From an uncultured delta proteobacterium (GTDB lineage Bacteria > Desulfobacterota > Binatia > UBA9968), in the NCBI GenBank assembly GCA_963840855.1, contig CAWJBB010000021.1, forward strand, positions 96,001 to 160,000: a stretch of DNA of 64,000 bases, read 5' to 3'. The translations under genes and the position numbers were made by a program. Positions 20,231-29,537 of the stretch are shown piece by piece (the first letter of the stretch is position 1; each line of letters opens with the position of its first letter). Below the pieces are notes generated by a model. That model saw only the letters and a list, made by a program, of their open reading frames with translations, had not been told where the DNA came from and did not search any database.

Positions 20231-21157
20231 CTAAATCTGCGCGCTTATCATTGAGGCGATCTCGAGAGCGCGCAGCCCCTCGGTGCCGCCCACCAGAGGC
20301 AACGTCCGGGCCTGTACGCTTTCCAGAAACGAGTCAATTTCGTCCGCGAGGGCGTCCCCTTCTTTGATTTCAATGCTTTCCCCCCGGATGTCGAGCCAGG
20401 TGGCGCCGGGCGCCGGCTTGTAATAAATCTGCGCCCGGCGTTGATCGTAGTCTATCGAGATATACGCATCGGGCTGGAAAAAGCGTACTTTGCGTTCACG
20501 TTTGAGCGAGACCCGGCTGGCGGTAATATTGGCGATACAGCCATTGGCAAATTTGATGCGCGCGTTGGCGATGTCCGGTTTGTCCGTCAGGACGGGCACT
20601 CCCACGGCTTCGACCCGTTCCACTGGCGAGCGCACTAAACTCGTGATCACATCGATATCGTGGATCATCAGATCGAGCACGACATCGACATCGGTGCCCC
20701 GCTCGACGAAAGGAGCCAGCCGGTGGCACTCGACGAACTTCGGTTCCTTGATAACGCCTTCGAGTTTGCGGATCGCGGGGTTAAACCTTTCGAGATGTCC
20801 TACCTGGAGAATCGCCTTGTGCGCCGCCGCCAATTCCACTAGCTCCCGGCCATCGGCGAGATTGGCCGTCATCGGCTTCTCGACCAGCACGTCGATGCCT
20901 TGGCACAAAAAGTCGGCGGCCACGCGGTGATGCAGCGCCGTGGGAACGGCAACGCTGACCGCTCTAACCTGCCCGAACAGCGCGTGGTAATCCACCAGCG
21001 CTTGAGTCTGGCACTTTGCCGCCACTTCGCGCGCCCGTGATTCATCGACGTCTACGACGGCGCGCAATTCCGCATTTGCCGACGCCGCATATTTCTCGGC
21101 GTGAAACCTGCCCAAGTGACCAACGCCCACCACCGCAACGGGAACAACCGCATTCAT
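20231..21157 (-). CDS. Gfo/Idh/MocA oxidoreductase, GnnA-like UDP-GlcNAc 3-dehydrogenase
   Basis: GVGHLG, VEKP, VGHLERFNP and DVVLDLMIHDID motifs; located between lpxA/lpxI and lpxB. Confidence 0.75.
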   Translation of the reverse strand: MNAVVPVAVVGVGHLGRFHAEKYAASANAELRAVVDVDESRAREVAAKCQTQALVDYHALFGQVRAVSVAVPTALHHRVAADFLCQGIDVLVEKPMTANLADGRELVELAAAHKAILQVGHLERFNPAIRKLEGVIKEPKFVECHRLAPFVERGTDVDVVLDLMIHDIDVITSLVRSPVERVEAVGVPVLTDKPDIANARIKFANGCIANITASRVSLKRERKVRFFQPDAYISIDYDQRRAQIYYKPAPGATWLDIRGESIEIKEGDALADEIDSFLESVQARTLPLVGGTEGLRALEIASMISAQI

Positions 21158-21242
21158 GAGCGATCACCGCTGACGCGCCGTCTCCGGTCATGGCCGCTTG
21201 TTTGGTATCGCATAGGCAATTTTTTCATTGGTGCTCCACGGC

Positions 21243-22049
21243 TCAGCCACTCACCGCGGCGACGACAACGCCGCAGCGCGATGCTTCCCGCAAAAGTTCG
21301 TCCCGTTCCAGAAGAATGGTTTTTCCCGCCTCCACGGCCAACACCGCGCCTCTCACCGCATGGAGATTCTTGATCGTGTCCACCCCCACTGCGGGCACAT
21401 CGAAACGAAGGTCCTGCCCGGGTTTGCTGACCTTTACCACCACGCAGCCGGAGCCGGCGATACTTCCGCCTCGTGCAATGGCCGCGTCGGTGCCTTCCAC
21501 CGCTTCCACCGCGATAACCACGCCTTCCTTTACGACGACGGTCTGGCCGATCCCCAAACGGCCGATCTCCTTGGCCACGCGAAAACCCAGGCGGATATCT
21601 TCCCACTGCGAGGCATTAGGAGCTTGCGGGGTCAAAATCCCTTCCGCGGGCACGATCTGCGGCAGACACAGGGTCGATTCCAAGACCGCGATGCCTTCCC
21701 TCGACAGCTCATCGGCGACGCCGCGCAAAAGCGCGTCATCTTCGCGGCTTTTGAGCCGCGCCAAGAAAGTTATGCCGCGCAGGTCTGGCCTAAAGTTTCC
21801 AAATAGCTTGACCTTGCCGATGCCTCCCGCCATCACGGCTTGGGTCACCCCGGCATTCTTAAAAGTTCGGATTATTTTGCCGAGCTGGCCGACCCGGATC
21901 CAGATTACGTCATCGGCCAAGCGCTCGATCTCCTCTGGAGTTTCACCGCGGTGCGCCACGGCGACGACAGTGTAGCCCTCTCGTTTGGCTTCCGCTGCGA
22001 AAAGCAATGGAAATTTGCCGTTGCCGGCGATCAAACCAAGCTTCTTCAC
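21243..22049 (-). CDS. lpxI: UDP-2,3-diacylglucosamine diphosphatase
   Basis: LGLIAGNG, IGQTVVV, AVEAVEGTD and KPGQDLRFDVP motifs. Confidence 0.92.
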   Translation of the reverse strand: MKKLGLIAGNGKFPLLFAAEAKREGYTVVAVAHRGETPEEIERLADDVIWIRVGQLGKIIRTFKNAGVTQAVMAGGIGKVKLFGNFRPDLRGITFLARLKSREDDALLRGVADELSREGIAVLESTLCLPQIVPAEGILTPQAPNASQWEDIRLGFRVAKEIGRLGIGQTVVVKEGVVIAVEAVEGTDAAIARGGSIAGSGCVVVKVSKPGQDLRFDVPAVGVDTIKNLHAVRGAVLAVEAGKTILLERDELLREASRCGVVVAAVSG

Positions 22050-22101
22050 AGGCGACCGTTCGACCGGCCGGGCAAAACAATTTTAACAATCGCTCTCAAG
22101 T

Positions 22102-22878
22102 CTAGCGACAAACGCCACGCTGTGAGCTTTCGATGAAGGAAACCAGCAGGTCAATCTCAGTTGAAGGAGGTATCTCAGCGCGCACTTTGTTAAGCGCTTC
22201 GGCGGTTTTCATCTTGGACTGAAAAATGATCCGGTACGCCTGCTTGAGCGTGTCCAGCTTCGCCTTGTCGAAGCCGCGCCGCCGCAACCCCTCCAGATTA
22301 AGCCCGTGTAGCCGAGCGCGGTCGCCCGTGGCATTGCAAAATGGCGGCACATCCTTGGATACCATCGAGCCCGCGCCGACGATCGCGCTGGTGCCGATCT
22401 TGACGAATTGATGGACGCCGACCAATCCACCCACGATCACATGATCCTGAATTACGACATGGCCGCCGAGTGTCGCCCCATTGGCGATCACGTTGCGGTT
22501 GCCCAAAATACAGTCGTGCGCGATGTGACAATACATCATGAGGAGATTTTCATTGCCAACGCGGGTCAACATTCCGCCCCCTTTGGTGCCCGGATTGAGC
22601 GAAACATACTCGCGTATGGTATTTCGGTCACCGATGACCAACTCGCTGGGCTCTCCTTTGTATTTTAGATCCTGCGGCACGGAACCGACGCTGGCGAATG
22701 GAAATATCGTATTGCCCTCGCCCAACGAAGTGCGGCCCTGGACCACAACATGGGATTTGAGCTTAGTGCCTTTGCCAAGCTTGACGCCGGCACCAACCAC
22801 GCAATAGGGGCCTATTTCAACATCGCCTTCGATTTCCGCCCGCGCATCGACGACGGCTGTCTGGTGAATTTCCCCCAT
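22102..22878 (-). CDS. lpxA: UDP-GlcNAc acyltransferase
   Basis: Hexapeptide repeats, PQDLKY, HIAHDC and VHQF motifs. Confidence 0.96.
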   Translation of the reverse strand: MGEIHQTAVVDARAEIEGDVEIGPYCVVGAGVKLGKGTKLKSHVVVQGRTSLGEGNTIFPFASVGSVPQDLKYKGEPSELVIGDRNTIREYVSLNPGTKGGGMLTRVGNENLLMMYCHIAHDCILGNRNVIANGATLGGHVVIQDHVIVGGLVGVHQFVKIGTSAIVGAGSMVSKDVPPFCNATGDRARLHGLNLEGLRRRGFDKAKLDTLKQAYRIIFQSKMKTAEALNKVRAEIPPSTEIDLLVSFIESSQRGVCR

Positions 22879-22904
22879 GTCCCCGCTCCACCGAAACCGC
22901 CCAG

Positions 22905-23345
22905 CTACTTCTTTTCGATTTCCATGGCGGAAATCTCCGCCTGCGCCGCCACCTTGCCGTCCACCAGCGCCACTCCCTGCATCTTCCAGAAATCGCCGCG
23001 CCGTTTGACCAATTTCACCTCCATGCGCAACTGATCTCCCGGCTCTACGGTGCGTTTGAATTTGACCTTGTCGAGCCCGGTGAGCACGAAGACCTTGTTA
23101 TCCTCCATGCCGCCGCGCGCGTTGTGCACCAGAATCGCGGCGAGTTGGGCCATCGCCTCGCACACCAGCACGCCCGGCATCACAGGATGGTTGGGGAAAT
23201 GACCCTGAAAAAAATTCTCATTAAAGGAGACGTTCTTCAAACCGACGATCTTCTCGTTTCCTTGGATCTCGCTGATGCGGTCGACCAGTAGAAACGGATA
23301 GCGGTGCGGCAGGTATTTGAAGATTTCTTTAATGTCTAGCATCAT
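22905..23345 (-). CDS. fabZ: 3-hydroxyacyl-ACP dehydratase
   Basis: LPHRYPFLLVD and FFQGHFP..PVMPGV motifs. Confidence 0.97.
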   Translation of the reverse strand: MMLDIKEIFKYLPHRYPFLLVDRISEIQGNEKIVGLKNVSFNENFFQGHFPNHPVMPGVLVCEAMAQLAAILVHNARGGMEDNKVFVLTGLDKVKFKRTVEPGDQLRMEVKLVKRRGDFWKMQGVALVDGKVAAQAEISAMEIEKK

Positions 23346-23348
23346 CGC

Positions 23349-24413
23349 CTATCCCTTTTCGCTTCGGCTCAACAAGTCCGCAATTTTTCGCTCCAGACGG
23401 CGGGTGAGCGCCCACAGCTCCGGCAATTTGGGCAGCAGGATCATGACCCTGAGCCATTCCTGATGTGGCGCAGCGTGGAGGCCGCTCGAAACTTTGACGC
23501 CCCTGGGCACCGAACGGCCAACGCCCGATTGTGGCCCGATGACGGCGCCGTCGCCGATTTCGAGATGATTCACCACGCCTACCTGGCCGGCCAGCGTTAC
23601 ATTCTTGCCGATGCGCGTGCTCCCGGCGATCCCCACCTGGGCGGCGATGATGCTATTTTCACCGACCACGACGTTATGCGCGATCTGCACGAGATTATCG
23701 AGCTTGGCGCCGCGGCCGATCACCGTGCATCCAAAAGTTGCCCGGTCCACCGCGGCGTTGGCGCCTATCTCGACGTCATCCTGAACTTCAACCCCGCCCG
23801 CCTGGGGAATTTTCACCCGCTCACCGCCGCGGCCGGCGTAGCCGAAACCATCGCTGCCAATCACCGCCCCGGCGTGAATAATCACTCGGTTCCCTAACTT
23901 GCTGCCGTATCGAACCACCACGTTAGGGTGCAATTCACAGTCATCCCCGACCTCAACCCCTTCTCCTAAAAAAACCCCCGGATAAAGCACCGTGCGCGCG
24001 CCCACGCTGGCGCCTTTGCTGACGAACGCATGAGGAAAAATGGTCACCTCGGCGCCAAGCTTCGCTTGGCTATCTATGTAAGCGAGGGGACTTATGCCGG
24101 GCGCAAATCGGGGAGCCGGATTGAATACTTGATGAATCTTGGCGAATGCAAAATAGGGATCGGCGACTTCGAGAAAGTTCTTGCTTTGCGGATTGGACGT
24201 TGCGCGCGAAGCGATGCCGGGAGCGACGATCACCGCGCTGGCCCGGCAAGCATCAAGATAGGAGTAATAGCGCGGGTTGGCCAGGAAGGTAATCTCGCCC
24301 CGTCCAGCTTCCTCGATGGCCGCAACCCTGTGAATTTTTACATCTCCATCCCCAACAACCTCCCCTCCCACTTCTCGGGCCAATTCGGCGAGTGTCTTGG
24401 CTAACGGCGTCAC
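23349..24413 (-). CDS. lpxD: UDP-3-O-acylglucosamine N-acyltransferase
   Basis: IGSDGFGY and [12 protein letters not shown] motifs, hexapeptide repeats. Confidence 0.96.
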   Translation of the reverse strand: MTPLAKTLAELAREVGGEVVGDGDVKIHRVAAIEEAGRGEITFLANPRYYSYLDACRASAVIVAPGIASRATSNPQSKNFLEVADPYFAFAKIHQVFNPAPRFAPGISPLAYIDSQAKLGAEVTIFPHAFVSKGASVGARTVLYPGVFLGEGVEVGDDCELHPNVVVRYGSKLGNRVIIHAGAVIGSDGFGYAGRGGERVKIPQAGGVEVQDDVEIGANAAVDRATFGCTVIGRGAKLDNLVQIAHNVVVGENSIIAAQVGIAGSTRIGKNVTLAGQVGVVNHLEIGDGAVIGPQSGVGRSVPRGVKVSSGLHAAPHQEWLRVMILLPKLPELWALTRRLERKIADLLSRSEKG

Positions 24414-24922
24414 TTGGTTTTTGCGCGGCTATTGAAAGTTTCAATCACCTTGGTGGTAATGTCGATGCCCTGATCGTTATATAAGATCTGGGTGCGTTCG
24501 AAGATTAGCGTGAACTTTTCCGCCTTGCCGATGTCGGTGATGATTTGCTGGAGCTCTTTCAAAATATCGCCGGTCATCTCCCCTTCCTTCTGGCGCAGGT
24601 CTTGTTGGTGGTCTCCCATGGTGCGCTGGTACAGAACGTAGCGCCTTTGCAAATCCGCCTCTAAATTGCGCCTCTCCTCGTCCTTCAGCAGCGGTCCCTT
24701 CTTGTCGAGATCGGTTTTTAGCCTTTCCAGCTCCAGTTTTTCTTTGAGTAGATCCGATTCGGCTTTTTTGACCTGGGTTTCGAAGCGCGCTTTGGCTTTT
24801 TTGCCAGCCGCGGACTCCGTGATTGCTCGTTGGAGATCGATAAATCCGATCTTTATCTTCTCCTGCGCCGAAACCAGAGCCGGCGACAAGACAAGCACGA
24901 CCAACACTAGCCAATACTTCAC
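24410..24922 (-). CDS. skp: Periplasmic chaperone Skp/OmpH
   Basis: Signal peptide, KIGFIDLQR, coiled coil and DITTKV; GTG start after GGAGG. Confidence 0.9.
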   Translation of the reverse strand: MKYWLVLVVLVLSPALVSAQEKIKIGFIDLQRAITESAAGKKAKARFETQVKKAESDLLKEKLELERLKTDLDKKGPLLKDEERRNLEADLQRRYVLYQRTMGDHQQDLRQKEGEMTGDILKELQQIITDIGKAEKFTLIFERTQILYNDQGIDITTKVIETFNSRAKTK

Positions 24923-24980
24923 GTGCACCTCCGATGACTTGATTAAGGTTTGTGTACCAATTAGGGGGTAATCAGCATGA

Positions 24981-27392
24981 TCACTGACTACCGATGGAAA
25001 AGCCAATGACCGAAGTGTCATCGCCAGGCTGCTTACTGAGCGGGAAGCCAAGTTCAACGCGAAGAGGACCGAAGGGGGACATCCAACGTCCACCGAAACC
25101 AACCGACCGCCTGAAATCTGAAAGGCTAATACTTCCATTAAACGCATTACCCATATCGAAGAAGGCCACGCCCCTTAAGCCGTACTGCTCCAGGATGGGA
25201 AACAAAATTTCAGCGCTGAAGAACGCCGATTTATCGCCGCCGATCACATCGTCGGTCTGCGTGCACGTCGCAGTATCCTCGTCATTCGTCACGCAGCTCG
25301 TAGCTCTTGGACCAATGCTCCGCTCGGCGAAACCGCGCACGGAGTTCATGCCGCCCAGGAAGAATCTCTCGAACAGCGGGAGCTCGTTCCCATCCGAGGT
25401 CTTGCCAAACCCTATTCCATAGCCCAATCCCCCGCCAAGTGACAAAACATAAGCGCCGCCCCAGTTCGGATCCTTGAGCAACGGATAGTACCAGCGTCCG
25501 ATCAGATCCATTTTCATAAAGCGATTATCGCCGCCCAGCCCTGCGGTTTTGACCAAAAACGCGGACTTGGCGCCCTCCGTGGGATTGAAGAAATGGTCGC
25601 GGCTGTCGTAGGTGATTCCCGGCGTCACCGCGCTGGTTAACGAAGTGCCCTCTTGGTCCTTTATGGATTGTGCCGCTCCGGCATCGATTTTATCAATCGT
25701 CTCACGGGTAAGTTCGTACGAAACCCCGCCCCGCATAAAATCCCAGATCGTAGGCGGAGCGTTTTCCGGCAGCTCGTCGGAACCGAGGGACCGCGTCCTC
25801 TTGTTGGCGCCGAAAAACGGCAGCGAAGCGTATTTGAGCGGATAGCTTGTGTTGACCGCGAAGCCCAAGCGGCTCTCATCGTACGCATTGTACTCGCGCG
25901 TGGTGTTGAACGCATCGATGCCCAGCGACATGCGGCTTTCGTTCCAGTAAGGCTCGTTAAAGCTAAAGATAAAATCCTGCCGCAGGTTGCCGATGCTAAA
26001 ATTGCCGCTGACGCCTTGGCCGCGGCCGAGAAAATTTTTCTCCGCGACGGAGGCATTGAAAATAAAACCATCGCCGCTGCTGTAGCCCGCACCTACCGAG
26101 AATGTCCCCGTCGTTCCTTCTTTGACATCGACATGGAGGTCGACGGTGTCGGGCTGGTCGGTCTTTTTGGTAGTCAACTGCACATCTTCGAAATAGCCGG
26201 TGCGCTGCAGCGCGTTGCGGCTTTGGGTGACCATGTTGCTGGAAAAAAGCTCCTGCTCCGTGGTGAGCAATTCGCGGCGCACGACGTTATCGCGGGTCTT
26301 GTTGTTACCCGAGACGAGCACCCGGTTGAAATACACCGGCGGCCCCCGGGTGACGATCAAAGCGATATCGACGTTTTTGTCCTGCGCGTTCACTTTCGTC
26401 ACCGGATCCACTTGAGCGAATGCAAATCCCTTGTTCGTATACGTCTCGGTGAGCGACGTGATGTCCTCGCGCAGCCGGCTGCCGCGAAAAATCTGGCCGC
26501 TGGTGATTTTGACCTTCTTTAGGATCTGTTTGCCATCCTCGATGAGCTCTCCGCCGATTTCCACTTTGCCGACCCGGTATTGGTCGCCTTCGTGGACCCG
26601 GATCACGATCTCCAGCCCGTCCCGCGCCCGCAGCACCACCGGATCATCGAATTTACTATCGATATAGCCATGATCCAGATAGTGGTTGGACAGAATCGCC
26701 ATGTCGTTGGTCAACACATCGCGGTCCAGCACGCCGCGATTGGTAAGCAACGACAGAATCGATTCCTCTTTAGTTGCGATCAAATCCTTGAGGTCGCTTT
26801 CGCTGAAAATTTTGTTGCCTTCGAACGATATCCGTGTGATCAGCAGCCGCGCCCCTTCAAGGACATCCAGAACTACCACCGCTTGGTTATTGGCTTCCGT
26901 CGAGACCACATAGTCGACCCGCGCATTGACGTAGCCTTGATCGCTGTAGAGTTTTCGGACCTTCTCAACGCCTTCGATAACTTTGCCGCGGTCGAGCACC
27001 GAGCGTGGAACTATCCCCAACGCGGTTTCGATCTTTTCCTTGCCCAACTGGGAGTTGCCCTGAATCTTGACTTCGCGAACATAGGGTTTCTCTTTGACCG
27101 CGTAGGTCAGGACGCCGTCAGCGGAAAGCTCGGCGCGCACGTCGTCAAAAAATCCCATGCGGAAGATCGCCTTGACATCTTGCTCGACGATGCCAGGGTC
27201 ATACGAGGCGCCGGCCCGATTCTTTAAATGCAGCCGGATACCCTCGTCCTCGACACGCACGTTGCCGGAAATCTTGACCTCTTTAAGCGTGATTTTTTCC
27301 TGGGCTTGCGCCGGGGCCCGCACAATCCCGGCAACAATACCGAGCAGAAATGCCGCAATGGCGGCTATGCCTGGCAGAGTTTTAGGTTTCAT
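24981..27392 (-). CDS. bamA: Outer membrane protein assembly factor
   Basis: POTRA repeats (GNNKTRDNVVRRE), GAGYSS, VRGF and SPFGPL motifs. Confidence 0.96.
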   Translation of the reverse strand: MKPKTLPGIAAIAAFLLGIVAGIVRAPAQAQEKITLKEVKISGNVRVEDEGIRLHLKNRAGASYDPGIVEQDVKAIFRMGFFDDVRAELSADGVLTYAVKEKPYVREVKIQGNSQLGKEKIETALGIVPRSVLDRGKVIEGVEKVRKLYSDQGYVNARVDYVVSTEANNQAVVVLDVLEGARLLITRISFEGNKIFSESDLKDLIATKEESILSLLTNRGVLDRDVLTNDMAILSNHYLDHGYIDSKFDDPVVLRARDGLEIVIRVHEGDQYRVGKVEIGGELIEDGKQILKKVKITSGQIFRGSRLREDITSLTETYTNKGFAFAQVDPVTKVNAQDKNVDIALIVTRGPPVYFNRVLVSGNNKTRDNVVRRELLTTEQELFSSNMVTQSRNALQRTGYFEDVQLTTKKTDQPDTVDLHVDVKEGTTGTFSVGAGYSSGDGFIFNASVAEKNFLGRGQGVSGNFSIGNLRQDFIFSFNEPYWNESRMSLGIDAFNTTREYNAYDESRLGFAVNTSYPLKYASLPFFGANKRTRSLGSDELPENAPPTIWDFMRGGVSYELTRETIDKIDAGAAQSIKDQEGTSLTSAVTPGITYDSRDHFFNPTEGAKSAFLVKTAGLGGDNRFMKMDLIGRWYYPLLKDPNWGGAYVLSLGGGLGYGIGFGKTSDGNELPLFERFFLGGMNSVRGFAERSIGPRATSCVTNDEDTATCTQTDDVIGGDKSAFFSAEILFPILEQYGLRGVAFFDMGNAFNGSISLSDFRRSVGFGGRWMSPFGPLRVELGFPLSKQPGDDTSVIGFSIGSQ

Positions 27393-27481
27393 TCTGGAGC
27401 GCGGAGCGTGCTGCCGTAACCTTTGATTTAATTCCTAAGTTATTTAACAAATTACATTACTTTTGTAAAGCAAATCGCGCT

Positions 27482-28165
27482 TTAGCCAAGCCCCCCTCCA
27501 AGTCTACCCGCCTTGAGTTCAACCTGCCGGCCGATTTTGTGGGCAAACTCCCGATTGTGAGTCGCGATGATCATGGCTATACCCTGGTCGCGGTTTAGCT
27601 TGAATAGTAGCTGCTGAACTTCGTCGCCAATGCGTACGTCTAAAGAGCCTGTGGGCTCGTCTGCCAAGATCAATTTTGGCTGTAGGATCACGGAACGGGC
27701 CACGGCGACGCGCTGCTGCTCGCCTCCCGATAACTTGCCCGGACGGTGGCTCATCCGGTCTTTGAGGCCAACCATCTCCAGTAACGTCTCCGCCCCGAGC
27801 TTCGCCGTACCAGGCGCCACACCCTGGATGAGCGCCGGAAACATGACGTTTTCCAGGGCGGAAAAATCGGGCAATAGATAGTGAAACTGAAAGATAAAGC
27901 CGATTTCCCGATTGCGAAATTCAGACAGCGCGGCTTCATCCGTGAGGGGGAGCGCGTTGCCGCGGTAGAGAATCTCCCCGCTGGTGGGGCGGTCCAGGGT
28001 GCCGATGATATGAAGTAGCGTGCTTTTGCCGACGCCGGACTCGCCGATCACCGCGAGCCGTTCACCCTCCTCCAGCTCGAAATCCACTCCTTGCAGAACA
28101 TGAATTTCACTTCCCCCTTCGGTGAAGGATTTGTGCAGGTCGTAAACCCGCAGCAGACTACTCAT
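27482..28165 (-). CDS. lolD: Lipoprotein-releasing ABC ATPase
   Basis: GESGVGKST, FIFQFHYLLPDF and LSGGEQQR motifs; start at MSSLL. Confidence 0.9.
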   Translation of the reverse strand: MSSLLRVYDLHKSFTEGGSEIHVLQGVDFELEEGERLAVIGESGVGKSTLLHIIGTLDRPTSGEILYRGNALPLTDEAALSEFRNREIGFIFQFHYLLPDFSALENVMFPALIQGVAPGTAKLGAETLLEMVGLKDRMSHRPGKLSGGEQQRVAVARSVILQPKLILADEPTGSLDVRIGDEVQQLLFKLNRDQGIAMIIATHNREFAHKIGRQVELKAGRLGGGLG

Positions 28166-29406
28166 AGCGGATGATTTCCACTGGATCCAGTTTTGCCGCC
28201 TGGCGCGACGGATAAATGCTGGCGAGTAGACAGACAATGAACGAAGCAACGGCAACGAGTAAAAAGTTGCTCCAGTAAACGCGCACCGGTACGGTGGCAA
28301 TCAAAAACATGCCCTCGGGCAACGCGAATTCGTACTGCGCAATGAAGGCGCAGACAAGCAGCCCCAACAGCACTCCCAACACAGTCCCGACCACGCCGAT
28401 AAAGCAGCCTTTGAACAGAAAAATTTTGCGGATGCTCTGTTGCGTTGCCCCCATCGAGCGCAGAATGGCAATGTCTTTTCTCTTTTCCATCACGACCATC
28501 ACGAGCGTCGCGACGATATTAAAGGCGCCTACCAGAATCATCAACAAGAGCACCAGGAAATAAACCGTCTTCTCCAGCTGCAGCGCGGAAAATAGATTGG
28601 GCCAAAGACGCGTCCAATCTTCCGCAAGATAGGGAAAACCCAGTTGCCGTTGCAAGCGCTCCGCCACCGCACGGGAATTTTTGACGTCACGGATTTTCAT
28701 TTCAATGTTGGTCGCCGCGCCTTCGAGATCGAAAAAATTTTGCGCCTCGCGCGAGGCCCATGAAGACCATCGCGGAATCGATCTCGCTCATGCCGGTTTT
28801 CATGATGCCGATAACCACAAAGCGCCGCACCTTTGGGATGACCCCGATGGCGGTGGGGCTGCCCAATGGCGATACCACTTGCACCGGGCTTCCCTCAAAC
28901 ACACCGAGCTGGGCGGCCAAACGTTCTCCGAGTATGACACCCGGCAATAACACCGTGCGCTCTTGCACCTGAATCGCATGCCGTGACTTGAGCGCCGCTA
29001 ATTTGCCCTTCAACAAATAGCTCTGAAGATCGACGACTTGATTGACCCGGTCGGGATCGACGCCGCGCACGACAACTCCTGAAACCCGCGCCCCGGATGT
29101 CAACATCACCTGGCCGTAGACCGTCGGTGAAGCGGCGATGACATCTTTTTCCTGCCGCAATTTCTCGATGACCCGTTCGTAATCGCGCATCGGATCCCCG
29201 GACTTCACCACCGAGATGTGCGCATTGATACCCAGCAGACGGTCGCGCAAGGTCTCCTCGAAGCCGCTCATCACCGCCATCACAACGTTCAAGGTCATGA
29301 CACCGATCATCACTCCCAGCACGGAAATAACCGTGATCAAGGAAATGAAGGTCTCCTGCCGGCGCGCCCGCAAGTAACGCAGGCCGATGAAAAATTCGTA
29401 CTTCAT
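28158..29406 (-). CDS. Lipoprotein-releasing permease LolC/E (apparent +1 frameshift near 28749)
   Basis: FIGLRYLR..FISLI, VMSGF, then GAFNI..L.MVVMEK..DIAILRSMGA. Joined length about 415 aa. Confidence 0.9.
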
Positions 29407-29420
29407 TACAAAGACTTGAT

Positions 29421-29464
29421 TTCACGGTTCAAGGTTGGGTGTCCGAATCCGATATTTTGAACCC
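29421..29464. repeat. Degenerate GTTCAA/TTGAAC array
   Basis: ttcacg gttcaag gttgggt ... tttgaac cc. Confidence 0.4.
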
Positions 29465-29537
29465 ACAAGGTACAGGTTATATTAGGTTTTCATCATGATT
29501 CTGTTTTGTGAATAACGAAGTTCCGGATGGGAAAAAA

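Noticed and set aside
25653-26522. Long antisense ORFs (also 21190-21975, 40908-41762, 55956-57050)
   Set aside because: Shadow frames of well-supported genes in GC-rich DNA with no recognisable motifs.
29507-29515. Single TGTGAATAA DnaA-like box upstream of lolC/E
   Set aside because: Isolated relaxed-consensus match in AT-rich DNA, compatible with chance.
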